From an uncultured Bacilli bacterium (lineage in GTDB: Bacteria; Bacillota_I; Bacilli_A; RF39; UBA660), in NCBI GenBank assembly GCA_947626125.1, contig CANQRA010000001.1:8881-72880 (forward strand): a DNA stretch of 64,000 nt, given 5' to 3'. Shown here piece by piece: positions 18,321-28,054 of the stretch. Positions within the stretch are counted from its first letter, which is position 1. Every line of letters begins with the position of its first letter. The position numbers were made by a program, and so were the translations under genes. A model generated the notes under the pieces. The model was not told where the DNA came from. It worked only from the letters and a program-made list of their open reading frames with translations, and searched no databases.

Positions 18321-20837
18321 ATGAATCACGATAAAGATAAATTAGAAGAAAATAATATAGTCAAAGAAATTAAAGATTCTTTTATTGATTATTCTGTTAG
18401 TGTTATTGTTTCCAGAGCGGTTCCCGATTTACGAGATGGCTTAAAACCCGTTCATCGTCGGATATTATGGTCAATGTATGAAACAGGTTATACTCCTGAT
18501 AAACCCCATAGAAAATCCGCGAAAATAGTTGGTGAAGTTATGGGTAAATATCACCCACATGGTGACTCTAGTATCTATGAAGCTATGGTTAGAATGGCGC
18601 AAGATTTTAGTTATCGTTATCCTCTAGTTGATGGCCATGGTAACTTTGGTAATATCGCGGGAGCGGGTGCTGCAGCATATCGTTATACTGAAGCCCGATT
18701 AGATAAACTATCCCTTGAATTACTAAGAGATATTAATAAGGAAACAGTTAATTTTACGCCTAACTTTGATGAATCAGAAAAAGAACCAGAAGTCCTTCCT
18801 TCAAGATTTCCTAATATTCTAGTTAATGGTACTATGGGTATTGCTGTTGGTATGGCTACGAATATTCCTCCCCATAATTTAGGCGAAGTAATTGATGGCT
18901 GTGTGGCTTATATTGATAATCCTGAAATAGATACAAATGGATTAATGCAATATATTAAAGGGCCTGATTTTCCTACTGGTGGTATTATCTTAGGTAACAG
19001 TGGAATAAAAAAAGCTTATGAAACAGGTCGCGGTACAATTACCATAAGAAGTAAAGCAACCATTGAAGAAAAAGACGGTAAACATCACATTATCATAGAA
19101 GAAGTCCCTTATGGTGTTAATGTATCTGATTTAAAAAGCAAAGTTGCTGAACTTGTTCATAATAAAATTATTGATGGTATTGCTGATTATCACACAGATT
19201 TAAAAAATGGGGTTAAAATAACCATCACTTTAAAGAAAGATGCTAATCCGCAAGTTGTTTTAAATAATTTATATAAGCATACGCAATTTCAAATTAGTTA
19301 TGGCATTATTTTCTTAATGATAGATAATAAAGTGCCAAGAACATTGGGCTTAAAAGACATAATTGCTAAATATATTAATTTCCAAGAGGAAGTTATTATT
19401 CGTCGAACCCAATTTGAATTAGATAAAGCCGAAAAAAGAGTCCATATTTTAGAAGGTTACAAGATTGCTCTTGATAATTTGGATGATTTTATTAAGATAA
19501 TTCGAGATAGTGAAACTGATGTTATTGCTAAAGAAACTTTAATTGCCAAATATGGTTTAACAGATGTTCAAGCTGATGCTATTCTAGAGTTAAAGTTACG
19601 TCGTTTAACCGGCTTAGAAAGAGCCAAAATTGAAGAAGAATTAAAAGAATTATTAGCGAGAATTGAAGAATTAAAAGCTATTTTAGCTTCCCGTGAAAAA
19701 ATTCTAGAAATAATTAAAAATGAATTATTAGAAATTAAAGAAAAATACGCTGATGAACGTCGGACTAAAATTGATATGACAGCGATTGAATACATTGAAG
19801 ATGAGTCATTAATACCTGAGGAAGATGTTATGGTTGTTTTAACTAATAAAGGTTACATAAAAAGAACAACCAACGATACTTTCAAAGTCCAAAATCGTGG
19901 TGGTGTTGGAATTAAAGGATTAACTACTAACGATGAAGATTATGTTGAACATTTACTTAACTTATCAACTCACGATTACATAATGTTCTTTAGTAATAAA
20001 GGCAAAGTATATCGGTTAAAAGGGTATGAAATACCGGAATTTAGTAGACAATCCAAAGGACTTCCAATTGTAAACTTGTTACAAATTGAGAAGGAAGAAA
20101 CTATTAATTCAATTCTTAAAGTATCTGCTGAAGACGATAATGAATATTTAATGTTTGCCACAAAGAAAGGTATTGTTAAGAAGACAAAAATTAGCGAATT
20201 TGAAAATATTCGGGCAACAGGAAAAATATGCATTAATCTAGCCGATAATGATGAATTATTAGATGTTAAAAAAACAAACGGAAATAATATTGTTTTACTT
20301 GGTAGTGATAAAGGTAAAATGGTTAAATTCAACGAAAATGAGATAAGACCAATGGGTCGTACCGCAACTGGGGTTAAAGGCATTAATTTAGATGGTGGTA
20401 AATGTATTTGCTTTGAAATTGTTAATGAAGACTCCACTATTCTACTCGTTACCGAAAAGGGATACGGAAAAAGAACAAATGTTTGTGAATTTAGACAAAC
20501 AAAAAGAGGTAGTAAGGGTGTTTTAGCCTTAAATATAACCGAAAAGAATGGTGTTTTAGTTGCAGCTAAAATAGTCGATGTTGATAAAGACGTTATAATT
20601 ATGACTAATGCTGGAATTACTATTAAATTACCTGTTGAACAAATATCTATTTTAGGTCGTGTAACTCAAGGTTTGAGATTAATTTCATTACGAGATAATC
20701 AAACTGTTGCCACTATTAGTATTGTTAATAAAGCCGAAGACGAAAGTAAAAACGAGGAAAATGGAGATAACATAGTACCTGTTAATAGTGACGAAGAAAA
20801 AAACATTGTTGAAAACCAAGAAGATACTACAAATTAG
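18321..20837 (+). CDS. gyrA: DNA gyrase subunit A
   Basis: Active-site region 'AAAMRYTEARL-like' (here '[11 protein letters not shown]') and the QRDR motif '[17 protein letters not shown]'. The C-terminal GyrA beta-pinwheel repeats are present. Length 838 aa. Confidence 0.97.
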   Translation: MNHDKDKLEENNIVKEIKDSFIDYSVSVIVSRAVPDLRDGLKPVHRRILWSMYETGYTPDKPHRKSAKIVGEVMGKYHPHGDSSIYEAMVRMAQDFSYRYPLVDGHGNFGNIAGAGAAAYRYTEARLDKLSLELLRDINKETVNFTPNFDESEKEPEVLPSRFPNILVNGTMGIAVGMATNIPPHNLGEVIDGCVAYIDNPEIDTNGLMQYIKGPDFPTGGIILGNSGIKKAYETGRGTITIRSKATIEEKDGKHHIIIEEVPYGVNVSDLKSKVAELVHNKIIDGIADYHTDLKNGVKITITLKKDANPQVVLNNLYKHTQFQISYGIIFLMIDNKVPRTLGLKDIIAKYINFQEEVIIRRTQFELDKAEKRVHILEGYKIALDNLDDFIKIIRDSETDVIAKETLIAKYGLTDVQADAILELKLRRLTGLERAKIEEELKELLARIEELKAILASREKILEIIKNELLEIKEKYADERRTKIDMTAIEYIEDESLIPEEDVMVVLTNKGYIKRTTNDTFKVQNRGGVGIKGLTTNDEDYVEHLLNLSTHDYIMFFSNKGKVYRLKGYEIPEFSRQSKGLPIVNLLQIEKEETINSILKVSAEDDNEYLMFATKKGIVKKTKISEFENIRATGKICINLADNDELLDVKKTNGNNIVLLGSDKGKMVKFNENEIRPMGRTATGVKGINLDGGKCICFEIVNEDSTILLVTEKGYGKRTNVCEFRQTKRGSKGVLALNITEKNGVLVAAKIVDVDKDVIIMTNAGITIKLPVEQISILGRVTQGLRLISLRDNQTVATISIVNKAEDESKNEENGDNIVPVNSDEEKNIVENQEDTTN

Positions 20838-21817
20838 TGTCTTTTTTGTTGAAAAATTATTTCCCGGGAAATAATTGGTTTACATAATATTTTTATTTTT
20901 TGCTAAAAGAATAATTTAAAATTTAGACAGTGTCAAAATTCTTTCTCTAATGTTTCACGTGAAACATTAGAGAAAAATTGCTACATAATTTTATATTCTT
21001 TTCTTTTAAAAGTTAAACAATTTATGTATTATGAATTTGGTAAACGTCATTATATTAATATATTTAAATATATCCCTCGAAATAATTGGACTACATAATA
21101 TATAATTTATATCTCTGATAAGTTAACTTTAAAAATATCAATAAATGTTTCATACATTACTGATAAGCCATAATAAAGTAAGTTTAATTTTTTGATATAT
21201 TTAACAAATTTTTACCCGTCGCTTAAACTTATTCGTACTCCATTAATTAGTAACGCTTTATGTTTCACGTGAAACATTAGAGAAAAGCAAATCATTTTTT
21301 AAAATTAACTTTTACAATTTTTTATACGATGTATTCACACATAAACAAAAGCATATTATTAGTATATTATCAATTGTTTAATCCAATAATATGTAATATT
21401 TCCCGGGAAATAATTGGTTTACATAATATTTTATTTGTACATATAATATGTATGTGCTAAACTTTTAGCAAGGCGCATCTCTCCTATATCGAGCTTTTAA
21501 TATAGGTTTGAACGCTCCATATTACAGCACGCGAGATGTTATGTTACTATTTATATTTAAATGTTACTTAAAGCAATGTTTCACGTGAAACATTGCTGGT
21601 GTAAAACATTATTCAAGCATTTAGCATTACTCTTAATTAATTTTAATTATACATAATTATTTATTTAATTCTATGATTTATATTGTATGTTTCACGTGAA
21701 ACTATAAAAATTTTGACACTGTCAAAATTATTTCCCGGGAAATAATTGGTTTACATAATATTTTTGTATTTAAAAAAGTATGTTGAAAAAGTAACTTTTA
21801 TATGTTATTATCTTATT
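20838..21817. repeat. ORF-free ~1-kb region densely populated with three families of repeated palindromic motifs
   Basis: Motif R1 (~38 bp) is 'ATTATTTCCCGGGAAATAATTGGTTTACATAATATTTT' at 20866..20903, 21397..21434 and 21727..21765, with a degenerate copy at 21072..21102. Motif R2 is the palindrome 'TGTTTCACGTGAAACAT' at about 20950, 21260 (both extended to a 26-bp identical repeat), 21575 and 21687. Motif R3 is 'TTTTGACACTGTCAAAATT' or 'GACAGTGTCAAAATT' at 20927 and 21708. The ends of the region show a mirrored order: R1-R3-R2 on the left and R2-R3-R1 on the right. Confidence 0.7.
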
Positions 21818-21895
21818 GCACAACAAATATATCGTAACCTGGTCAGAGTTGGAAAACAGCAGCCACATCGGTCCCTATTTGTGTGTGCTTTTTTT
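21818..21895 (+). ncRNA. ffs: candidate small (4.5S-type) signal recognition particle RNA
   Basis: 'CCUGGUCAGAGUUGGAAAACAGCAGCCACAUCGG' resembles SRP domain IV (GGUCAG..., a GGAA tetraloop closing a GUU/AAC helix, and AGCAGCCA). A terminal stem GCACAACAAATA/TATTTGTGTGTGC closes it, followed by a U-run. Its position just upstream of tadA-dnaX matches the B. subtilis scr neighbourhood. Confidence 0.5.
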
Positions 21896-21909
21896 GAGGA
21901 ACTAAATTT

Positions 21910-22317
21910 ATGAACAAATATATGGAACAAGCTTTTAAAGAAGCTCTTAAAGCGTATAGAAAAAAGGAAGTACCCGTTGGTGCTGTAATTGTTTATAATG
22001 GTAAGATAATTGCTAAATCCCATAATAATAGGCAAAACCGGCACAATGTTTTAGGTCATGCGGAAATAATGGCCGTTTTAAAAGCAGAAAAAAAGATTCG
22101 CGATTGGCGATTAGATGAATGTGAAATGTTTGTTACATTAGAACCATGTACTTTGTGTACACATGTAATTAAAGAATGTCGGTTAAAAAAAGTATATTTT
22201 TTGTTGAAAAGTCCCCAAGAAACAACAATAAATGGTTTTACACAAACAAATGATTGCGAGGAGCTTCAAAACAAATACAAATGTTTGCTGCAAAAATTTT
22301 TTCAAAAATTAAGATAA
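21910..22317 (+). CDS. tadA: tRNA-specific adenosine deaminase
   Basis: CDA-fold zinc motifs 'HAEIMAV' and 'PCTLC'. Length 135 aa. Confidence 0.85.
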   Translation: MNKYMEQAFKEALKAYRKKEVPVGAVIVYNGKIIAKSHNNRQNRHNVLGHAEIMAVLKAEKKIRDWRLDECEMFVTLEPCTLCTHVIKECRLKKVYFLLKSPQETTINGFTQTNDCEELQNKYKCLLQKFFQKLR

Positions 22318-22372
22318 TAATTGGTAAAAGTACGTTGTAATGTGATATAATGGGATAAGAAAGGAATTCATC

Positions 22373-23971
22373 ATGAAGTATAAAGTTTTATATCGAAAAT
22401 ATCGACCTGATGATTTTGAGAATATCGTTGGTCAAGACTACATTATTAAAACCCTTAAAAACTCTATAATAAACAACAATATTTCTCACGCCTATCTTTT
22501 TTCTGGGCCACGAGGAACAGGTAAAACATCAACTGCTAAGGTTTTTGCTAAAGCTATCAATTGTGCTAATCCTGAAAACGGTTCGCCATGCGGCAAGTGT
22601 GAATTTTGCCTTAATTTCAAAGAAAATCCGGATATCATAGAGCTTGATGCGGCTTCAAATAACGGTGTAGATGAAATAAGAGAGATAATTGAAAATATCA
22701 AAATTACTCCCACCAATGGTAAATATAAAGTTTATATAATTGATGAAGTTCATATGCTAACGCAAAGTGCGTTTAACGCTTTATTGTTGACACTTGAAGA
22801 ACCGCCTGCTCATGCCGTCTTTATTTTAGCTACTACCAATGTTGAAAACGTTCCAATTACTATTTTATCGAGATGTCAAAGATTTGATTTTCAAAAAATC
22901 AAACCATCTGTTATTGTGGAAAGAACTAAGAAAATTTGTGCGGATGAGGGTATAAAAATTGAAGATGCTGCCTTAGAAGAAATAGCTTATTTATCCGAAG
23001 GTGGTATGCGTGATGCTTTAAGTTTGTTAGACCAATTATCTAAAAATAAAGATTTAATCACATTAGATTTAGTAGAAAGTCAATTTAAAACAGTTTCTAA
23101 GAAAAATATAGAAGATTTAATTAATTATGTAGAAAAAAATGATGTTAATTCTTGCTTAGATTTAATTAATGAATTTAAAAATAAAGCTGTTGATTATAAA
23201 AACTTAGTAAAAAAAATTGTTGATGTAGCGAGTGTAAGAGCCAAAAATATAGTCGTTTCTAATAAAATAGAAAGACTAAGTATAAGTGATTACAAAAAGT
23301 TGATTTTAAATTTGATTGATAGTCTTAACAAAATAAATGTTAATGTTGATTCATATACAATCTTGGAAATGATTTTGTTGGAGTTCTTTAATAGTCCTAG
23401 CATTTCTCGGAGCATTCCGGCAGATGAAGCAAAAATAGAACCGCCAAAAGAACCAGAGGAAATACAAGTAGTTGAGGAAAAAAATCAAGCTACCATCAAG
23501 GAGAATGCGAAAGCTACGGGAACCACAGAAGTCACAGAAACCCTAGTTAATTTAAGAATAAATAATTGCTTTGCTAAAGCACAAAAAAATTATTTAGAAC
23601 AAGCAAAAAAAGAGATGGAAGAAGTAGAAATGAATGTTAATATTCCGGGAAAAATAAAAAGCATTCTATTAGATAGTGATGTTGTTACGGCTTCTCCTAA
23701 TAATTTAATATTTAAAACTAATGATGATCATACGGCACCTTTAGCTAATCAAATGTTAAAAGAAATTGAACAATTTCTTCAAGAAATATTAAATAAAAAC
23801 TATAAAATAATTTTCTTGACTTCAGAAAGATGGGATAAAGAAAAAGCTGAATATATTAAAAATTTAAAAAATAAAAAAGCATATGAATATATAGAAGAAA
23901 AAGAAGAAACTGTTGATAAAGAAGAAATGGTTAGTGACGTTTTTGATTTATCAAAGGTTGAAATTGTATAG
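22373..23971 (+). CDS. dnaX: DNA polymerase III subunits gamma/tau
   Basis: 'LFSGPRGTGKTS', a Zn module 'CGKCEFC' and 'ILSRCQRF'. Length 532 aa. An extended -10 TGATATAAT lies at about 22346. Confidence 0.95.
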   Translation: MKYKVLYRKYRPDDFENIVGQDYIIKTLKNSIINNNISHAYLFSGPRGTGKTSTAKVFAKAINCANPENGSPCGKCEFCLNFKENPDIIELDAASNNGVDEIREIIENIKITPTNGKYKVYIIDEVHMLTQSAFNALLLTLEEPPAHAVFILATTNVENVPITILSRCQRFDFQKIKPSVIVERTKKICADEGIKIEDAALEEIAYLSEGGMRDALSLLDQLSKNKDLITLDLVESQFKTVSKKNIEDLINYVEKNDVNSCLDLINEFKNKAVDYKNLVKKIVDVASVRAKNIVVSNKIERLSISDYKKLILNLIDSLNKINVNVDSYTILEMILLEFFNSPSISRSIPADEAKIEPPKEPEEIQVVEEKNQATIKENAKATGTTEVTETLVNLRINNCFAKAQKNYLEQAKKEMEEVEMNVNIPGKIKSILLDSDVVTASPNNLIFKTNDDHTAPLANQMLKEIEQFLQEILNKNYKIIFLTSERWDKEKAEYIKNLKNKKAYEYIEEKEETVDKEEMVSDVFDLSKVEIV

Positions 23972-23990
23972 TTGAGATTATTTAAGGGAG

Positions 23991-24299
23991 GTGAAAAATA
24001 TGAATATGCAAAATATTTTAGCTCAAGCGCAAAAAATGCAAAGAGACATTACCCAAAAAAAAGAAGAACTAGAAAAAATGGAATTTGTTGGTAAATCTGA
24101 ATGGGTAGAAGTAACTTTTTCTGGGGCCAGAATAATTAAAGACGTAAATATCTTAAAAGAAGGGCCTATTGAAGAAGATGATAAAGAAATATTAGAAGAT
24201 ATGTTTCAAATAGCAACTAAAGATGCTTTCATTCAAATTAATGAAGCAATGAACGAAAAATTAGGACAATACGCAGGTGCCTTAGATGGGTTGATGTAA
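23991..24299 (+). CDS. ybaB: nucleoid-associated protein YbaB/EbfC (YaaK)
   Basis: 102 aa. Conserved position between dnaX and recR. Begins 'NMNMQNILAQAQKMQ'. Confidence 0.85.
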   Translation: MKNMNMQNILAQAQKMQRDITQKKEELEKMEFVGKSEWVEVTFSGARIIKDVNILKEGPIEEDDKEILEDMFQIATKDAFIQINEAMNEKLGQYAGALDGLM

Positions 24300-24300
24300 A

Positions 24301-24903
24301 ATGATATATCCAGAATTATTGCAAAAATTAATTAACTTTTATAAGAGATTACCAGGAGTGGGGGAAAAATCTGCCGAAAGAATGGCTTTAGCTACTTTAG
24401 ATATTCCCCTTTCCGACATTGAAAACTTTGCTGATGATATAGTTAAAGCTAAAAAGAATCTAAAACAATGTCGTATATGTGGGCATTTGACGGAAAATGA
24501 TGTTTGCCCAATATGTAGTGATGAATCTCGGGATAAAACATTAATATGTGTTATTGAGGATTATAAAAGTGTTTTTTCATTTGAAAAAGTAGGTAATTAT
24601 CGGGGAGTTTACCATGTTTTGAATGGTCTAATATCTCCGATGGATAGTATAGGCCCGGAAGATATTAATATCTCTTCTTTAGTAAAAAGAGTTGAAGGGT
24701 TGAAAAATCCGGAACTTATACTTGCATTAAAATCATCAATTGAGGGTGAAACAACAACCTTGTATATTAAAAAAATATTTGAGAAAAAAGATGTAACTAT
24801 ATCTAGATTATCTTATGGCTTACCTATGGGTGCTGAGATAGATTACTTAGATATAATTACACTAGATAAAGCATTAGAGGACCGTAAACAAATTTCCGAA
24901 TAA
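24301..24903 (+). CDS. recR: recombination protein RecR
   Basis: C4 zinc finger 'CRICGHLTENDVCPIC' and a Toprim domain. Length 200 aa. Confidence 0.95.
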   Translation: MIYPELLQKLINFYKRLPGVGEKSAERMALATLDIPLSDIENFADDIVKAKKNLKQCRICGHLTENDVCPICSDESRDKTLICVIEDYKSVFSFEKVGNYRGVYHVLNGLISPMDSIGPEDINISSLVKRVEGLKNPELILALKSSIEGETTTLYIKKIFEKKDVTISRLSYGLPMGAEIDYLDIITLDKALEDRKQISE

Positions 24904-24940
24904 AAAAAGGAAAGCCTTATATAATTTATTAGGTGATAAA

Positions 24941-25129
24941 ATGAAAAAAACTCTAGGAATTATTTTAAGAAAGATAGTTTTTTCCTTCGGTATTATATAT
25001 GGTATAAACATTATGCTAAAAAATGTTGGCGTATATTTACCAATTAATATCTTTACAATTGGGGTAACTTCTTTCTTAGGAGTTCCGGGGTTATTATCTT
25101 TATTTGCGATTCTCTACATAATAGCTTAG
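24941..25129 (+). CDS. bofA: BofA-like small membrane protein (pro-sigma-K processing inhibitor family)
   Basis: 62 aa with two TM segments. 'YLPINIFTIGVTSFLGVPGLLSLF' resembles BofA 'HVPINLVTTAISGILGIPGIAALV'. It lies downstream of recR, as bofA does in B. subtilis. Confidence 0.5.
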   Translation: MKKTLGIILRKIVFSFGIIYGINIMLKNVGVYLPINIFTIGVTSFLGVPGLLSLFAILYIIA

Positions 25130-25165
25130 GAGGAAGCCATAAATTGTAGTGATTTAGAAAATTTA

Positions 25166-26002
25166 GTGAATTATTATCATGAAAAGAAATTAGCTCATGC
25201 TTATTTAATTTCGACAAATAATATTAATAAATGTTTAAAAGTTCTTTTGAATGTCATAAAGAACATTTTTTGCGTTGATACTTTTAGTGATAATTGTAAT
25301 AAGTGCTCCTTATGCCATTTAATTGACATTAATAATTTACCAAGTTTAAAAATAATTGCTCCTGATGGTGAATTTATTAAGAAAGCCCAAATTCTAGAAT
25401 TAAAAAATTTTTTTGCTAAGAATAGTATTTACACAAATGAATCCATGTATATAATTTTAAATGCCGAAAAAATGAATAAAGAATCGGCCAATACAATGTT
25501 AAAATTTTTAGAAGAACCTGATAGTGATGTAATTGGCTTTTTCCTTACTAATGAAAAAGATAATATATTGCCAACCATTCTTAGTCGATGCCAAGAATTA
25601 ACGGCTCATTTTCCTAATGCTTATTATGAAGAATTAAATATTGCTGAAGATAAATATCAAGAATTAAACAATATTCTCAAGGAATATTTAATGAAAATAG
25701 AAATAGAAAAAAGAAAGCAAATTTTGTATAATAGGGAATATCTAAGTAATTTAAATTTAGATAGAAGTGATATAAAAGTATTTTTACAAATGATGTTATT
25801 TACTTATAAAAGCGTTTTAAATAATGAACTAGAAGAAAATAGTCCCTATAGCTTTTTAAATAAATATTCCTTTAACAATATAGAAAAGAAGACTAATTTA
25901 TTGATTGAATTATTAAAAGAAATTAGTTACAATGTTAATGTGGAATTACTTTTAGATAGATTAGTAATAGAATTTGAGGTGATTAATAATGAAACTTTAT
26001 AG
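25166..26002 (+). CDS. holB: DNA polymerase III delta' subunit
   Basis: 'HAYLIS', 'ILSRCQEL' and Cys-rich 'CNKCSLCH'. It probably starts at GTG, since there is no upstream ATG before an in-frame TAG. Confidence 0.7.
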   Translation: MNYYHEKKLAHAYLISTNNINKCLKVLLNVIKNIFCVDTFSDNCNKCSLCHLIDINNLPSLKIIAPDGEFIKKAQILELKNFFAKNSIYTNESMYIILNAEKMNKESANTMLKFLEEPDSDVIGFFLTNEKDNILPTILSRCQELTAHFPNAYYEELNIAEDKYQELNNILKEYLMKIEIEKRKQILYNREYLSNLNLDRSDIKVFLQMMLFTYKSVLNNELEENSPYSFLNKYSFNNIEKKTNLLIELLKEISYNVNVELLLDRLVIEFEVINNETL

Positions 26003-26783
26003 TGTGATATTTAAAAATAATGGCAAAAACTATTATTTTAATGGAGAAGATGATTATAATATCAAAGATTATGTTATAGTAGAAACTGAAAAAGGACTAC
26101 AATATGGTGAAATTACAGGGATAATTAAGGAAGAATTAGCTAATAAAGATGAAGAATATAAGAATATAGTTAGAAAAGCAACTCCTGAAGATACAGATAC
26201 TTATTATGAATTATTAAAAGAAAATGAAGAAGCTTTACAAAAATGTCGGGAGTTAGTTAAAGAATTAGATTTAAATATGGCCGTGATTAATGCATCCTTT
26301 ACCTTTGATAAAAGCCAATTGCTATTTAATTTTACTTCTGATGAAAGGGTGGATTTCCGCGAACTAGCCAGAAAACTAGCTTATATCTATCATACTCGAA
26401 TTGAACTTAGACAAATTGGGGCGCGCGATAAAGCTAAAATTGTTGGTGGTGTAGGAGTATGTGGGCAAAAATTATGTTGTCAAAGATTTCTAAACCGGAT
26501 TGATGCGATATCCATGAATATGGCCAAAGACCAAAATCTAGCATTAAATCCTTCGAAAATTAACGGAGTATGTGGAAGACTTTTATGTTGTTTGCAATAT
26601 GAAAATGATGCGTATGTTGCATGTTTACCAGGAATGCCTTCCGTGGGAGATGTTTATAATACTAAATCCGGGGAAGGAAAAGTAATAAGTATTGATATTT
26701 TAAACCGAAAATTTAAAGTTTTGGTCGGTAGTAATAAAGAAGAAATAGAATTACCTTTAGAGGATAACCATGATAAAAAATAA
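25989..26783 (+). CDS. ricT: PSP1-domain protein RicT (YaaT), stage-0 sporulation/RNase Y regulator
   Basis: PSP1 C-terminal Cys cluster 'VCGQKLCCQRFL' and 'GVCGRLLCCLQYE'. It lies downstream of holB, as in Bacillus. Confidence 0.8.
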   Translation: MKLYSVIFKNNGKNYYFNGEDDYNIKDYVIVETEKGLQYGEITGIIKEELANKDEEYKNIVRKATPEDTDTYYELLKENEEALQKCRELVKELDLNMAVINASFTFDKSQLLFNFTSDERVDFRELARKLAYIYHTRIELRQIGARDKAKIVGGVGVCGQKLCCQRFLNRIDAISMNMAKDQNLALNPSKINGVCGRLLCCLQYENDAYVACLPGMPSVGDVYNTKSGEGKVISIDILNRKFKVLVGSNKEEIELPLEDNHDKK

Positions 26784-27528
26784 AGAATTAAATGATTTAT
26801 ATGATTATGGTTTAAAAATATATCAATATAGTGATAGTTTCAAATTTTCCCTAGATTCCATTCTTTTGGCAGAATTTGTTCGTTTAAATAATCGGGTTAA
26901 ACATATATTAGATTTATGTACAGGGAATGCTTCCATTCCCTTAATTTTATCAACTAAGCTTGGAGCATCCAATATTACTTCAATAGCCATTGATGCAGTA
27001 GAAATTCAAAAGGATATCCATGAGTTAGGTAAGGAAAGTATCATATATAATAATTTAACAGAGCAAATTAATCTTATAAATGCTGATGTTAAAGAGCATG
27101 AAAAGGTTTTAGGACAAAAAAAGTATGATATAATTACTTGCAATCCCCCTTATTTTAAAGTGGAAAATCCGGATTTGCTTAATGAAGGGGAATCTTTAGC
27201 TATTTCTCGGCATGAAATAAAAATCACTTTAGAAGAAATATTTAATATTGCTAGTAAACATTTAAATACAAAGGGAGAATTTTACTTAATTCATCGTGTA
27301 GAAAGATTAGATGAAATAATTATATATGGTAATAAATATCATTTACCCGTTAAAAATATTGTCCTTATTAAAATGAAAGAAGAAAATAATCCTTCCCTTG
27401 TTTTAGTAAGATGCATTAAAGGAGCTAGAAATGGCATAAAAATAACAGATAAATGTATTGCCAATTTAAAAACCTATCAAGGTTTATTCAAGGAGGTTAA
27501 AAGTGAAATTAGTCGTGGGCCTAGGTAA
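26770..27528 (+). CDS. class I SAM-dependent methyltransferase, YabB/TrmN6-like (tRNA m6A37)
   Basis: 'DLCTGNASIPL' motif I and the 'NPPY' motif ('ITCNPPYF'). Confidence 0.7.
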   Translation: MIKNKELNDLYDYGLKIYQYSDSFKFSLDSILLAEFVRLNNRVKHILDLCTGNASIPLILSTKLGASNITSIAIDAVEIQKDIHELGKESIIYNNLTEQINLINADVKEHEKVLGQKKYDIITCNPPYFKVENPDLLNEGESLAISRHEIKITLEEIFNIASKHLNTKGEFYLIHRVERLDEIIIYGNKYHLPVKNIVLIKMKEENNPSLVLVRCIKGARNGIKITDKCIANLKTYQGLFKEVKSEISRGPR

Positions 27529-28045
27529 TATAGGCAAAGAATATAAAAATACTCGTCATAATATGGGGTTTATGACCCTCGATAATTATTTAGGTAAAGT
27601 TAACTGGAAAGTTAAAATGGAAAGTTATATTTATCTTGACCAAGATAAAGATGTATTATATGTAAAACCGATGACTTATATGAATTTATCGGGTTTATCG
27701 GTAGCTAAATTAGTAAAATTTTATAAAATAGATATGCAAGATATATTAGTAATTCAAGATGATTTAGATTTAGAACTTGGTAAATTTAAAGTAAAAAAGA
27801 ATTCTTCATCTGGGGGGCATAATGGCATCAAATCAATAATTAGTGAATTAAACAGCATGGAATTTGGTAGACTAAAAATAGGAATAGGCAAAAACACCCT
27901 CATTCCTGCTGACAAATATGTTCTTTCTAAGTTTACAAAAGATGAGTTAACATTATTAAATAATAATATGCCAGCTTACAAAAAAGTCATCGATTTATTT
28001 GTTAATGAATCTCTTGATTATGCAATTGCACATTATAATAATTAA
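27503..28045 (+). CDS. pth: peptidyl-tRNA hydrolase
   Basis: 'MKLVVGLGNIGKEYKNTRHNMGF', the canonical Pth N-terminus. Confidence 0.92.
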   Translation: MKLVVGLGNIGKEYKNTRHNMGFMTLDNYLGKVNWKVKMESYIYLDQDKDVLYVKPMTYMNLSGLSVAKLVKFYKIDMQDILVIQDDLDLELGKFKVKKNSSSGGHNGIKSIISELNSMEFGRLKIGIGKNTLIPADKYVLSKFTKDELTLLNNNMPAYKKVIDLFVNESLDYAIAHYNN

Positions 28046-28054
28046 AGGGGAATT

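Noticed and set aside
20950-20976. R2 palindrome as a CcpA cre or Rex operator
   Set aside because: The half-site order is TTTCAC-GTGAAA, the inverse of both cre (TGAAA..TTTCA) and Rex (TTGTGAA..TTCACAA). It does not fit either consensus.
21680-21770. R3 (TTGACA back-to-back) and R1 as a bidirectional sigma-A promoter pair
   Set aside because: No acceptable -10 hexamer lies at 16-19 bp from either TTGACA. I could not assemble a convincing promoter, so I left the motifs as candidate operator or structural sites.
20838-21817. CRISPR array as an explanation for the repeated motifs
   Set aside because: The repeats belong to three different families, are irregularly spaced and are individually palindromic with different flanks. 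No cas genes are present. This is not a regular repeat-spacer structure.
20838-21900. rRNA operon or tRNA genes after gyrA, as in Bacillus rrnO
   Set aside because: There is no 16S or 23S-like GC-rich conserved block and no tRNA cloverleaf signature. The region is about 80% A+T.
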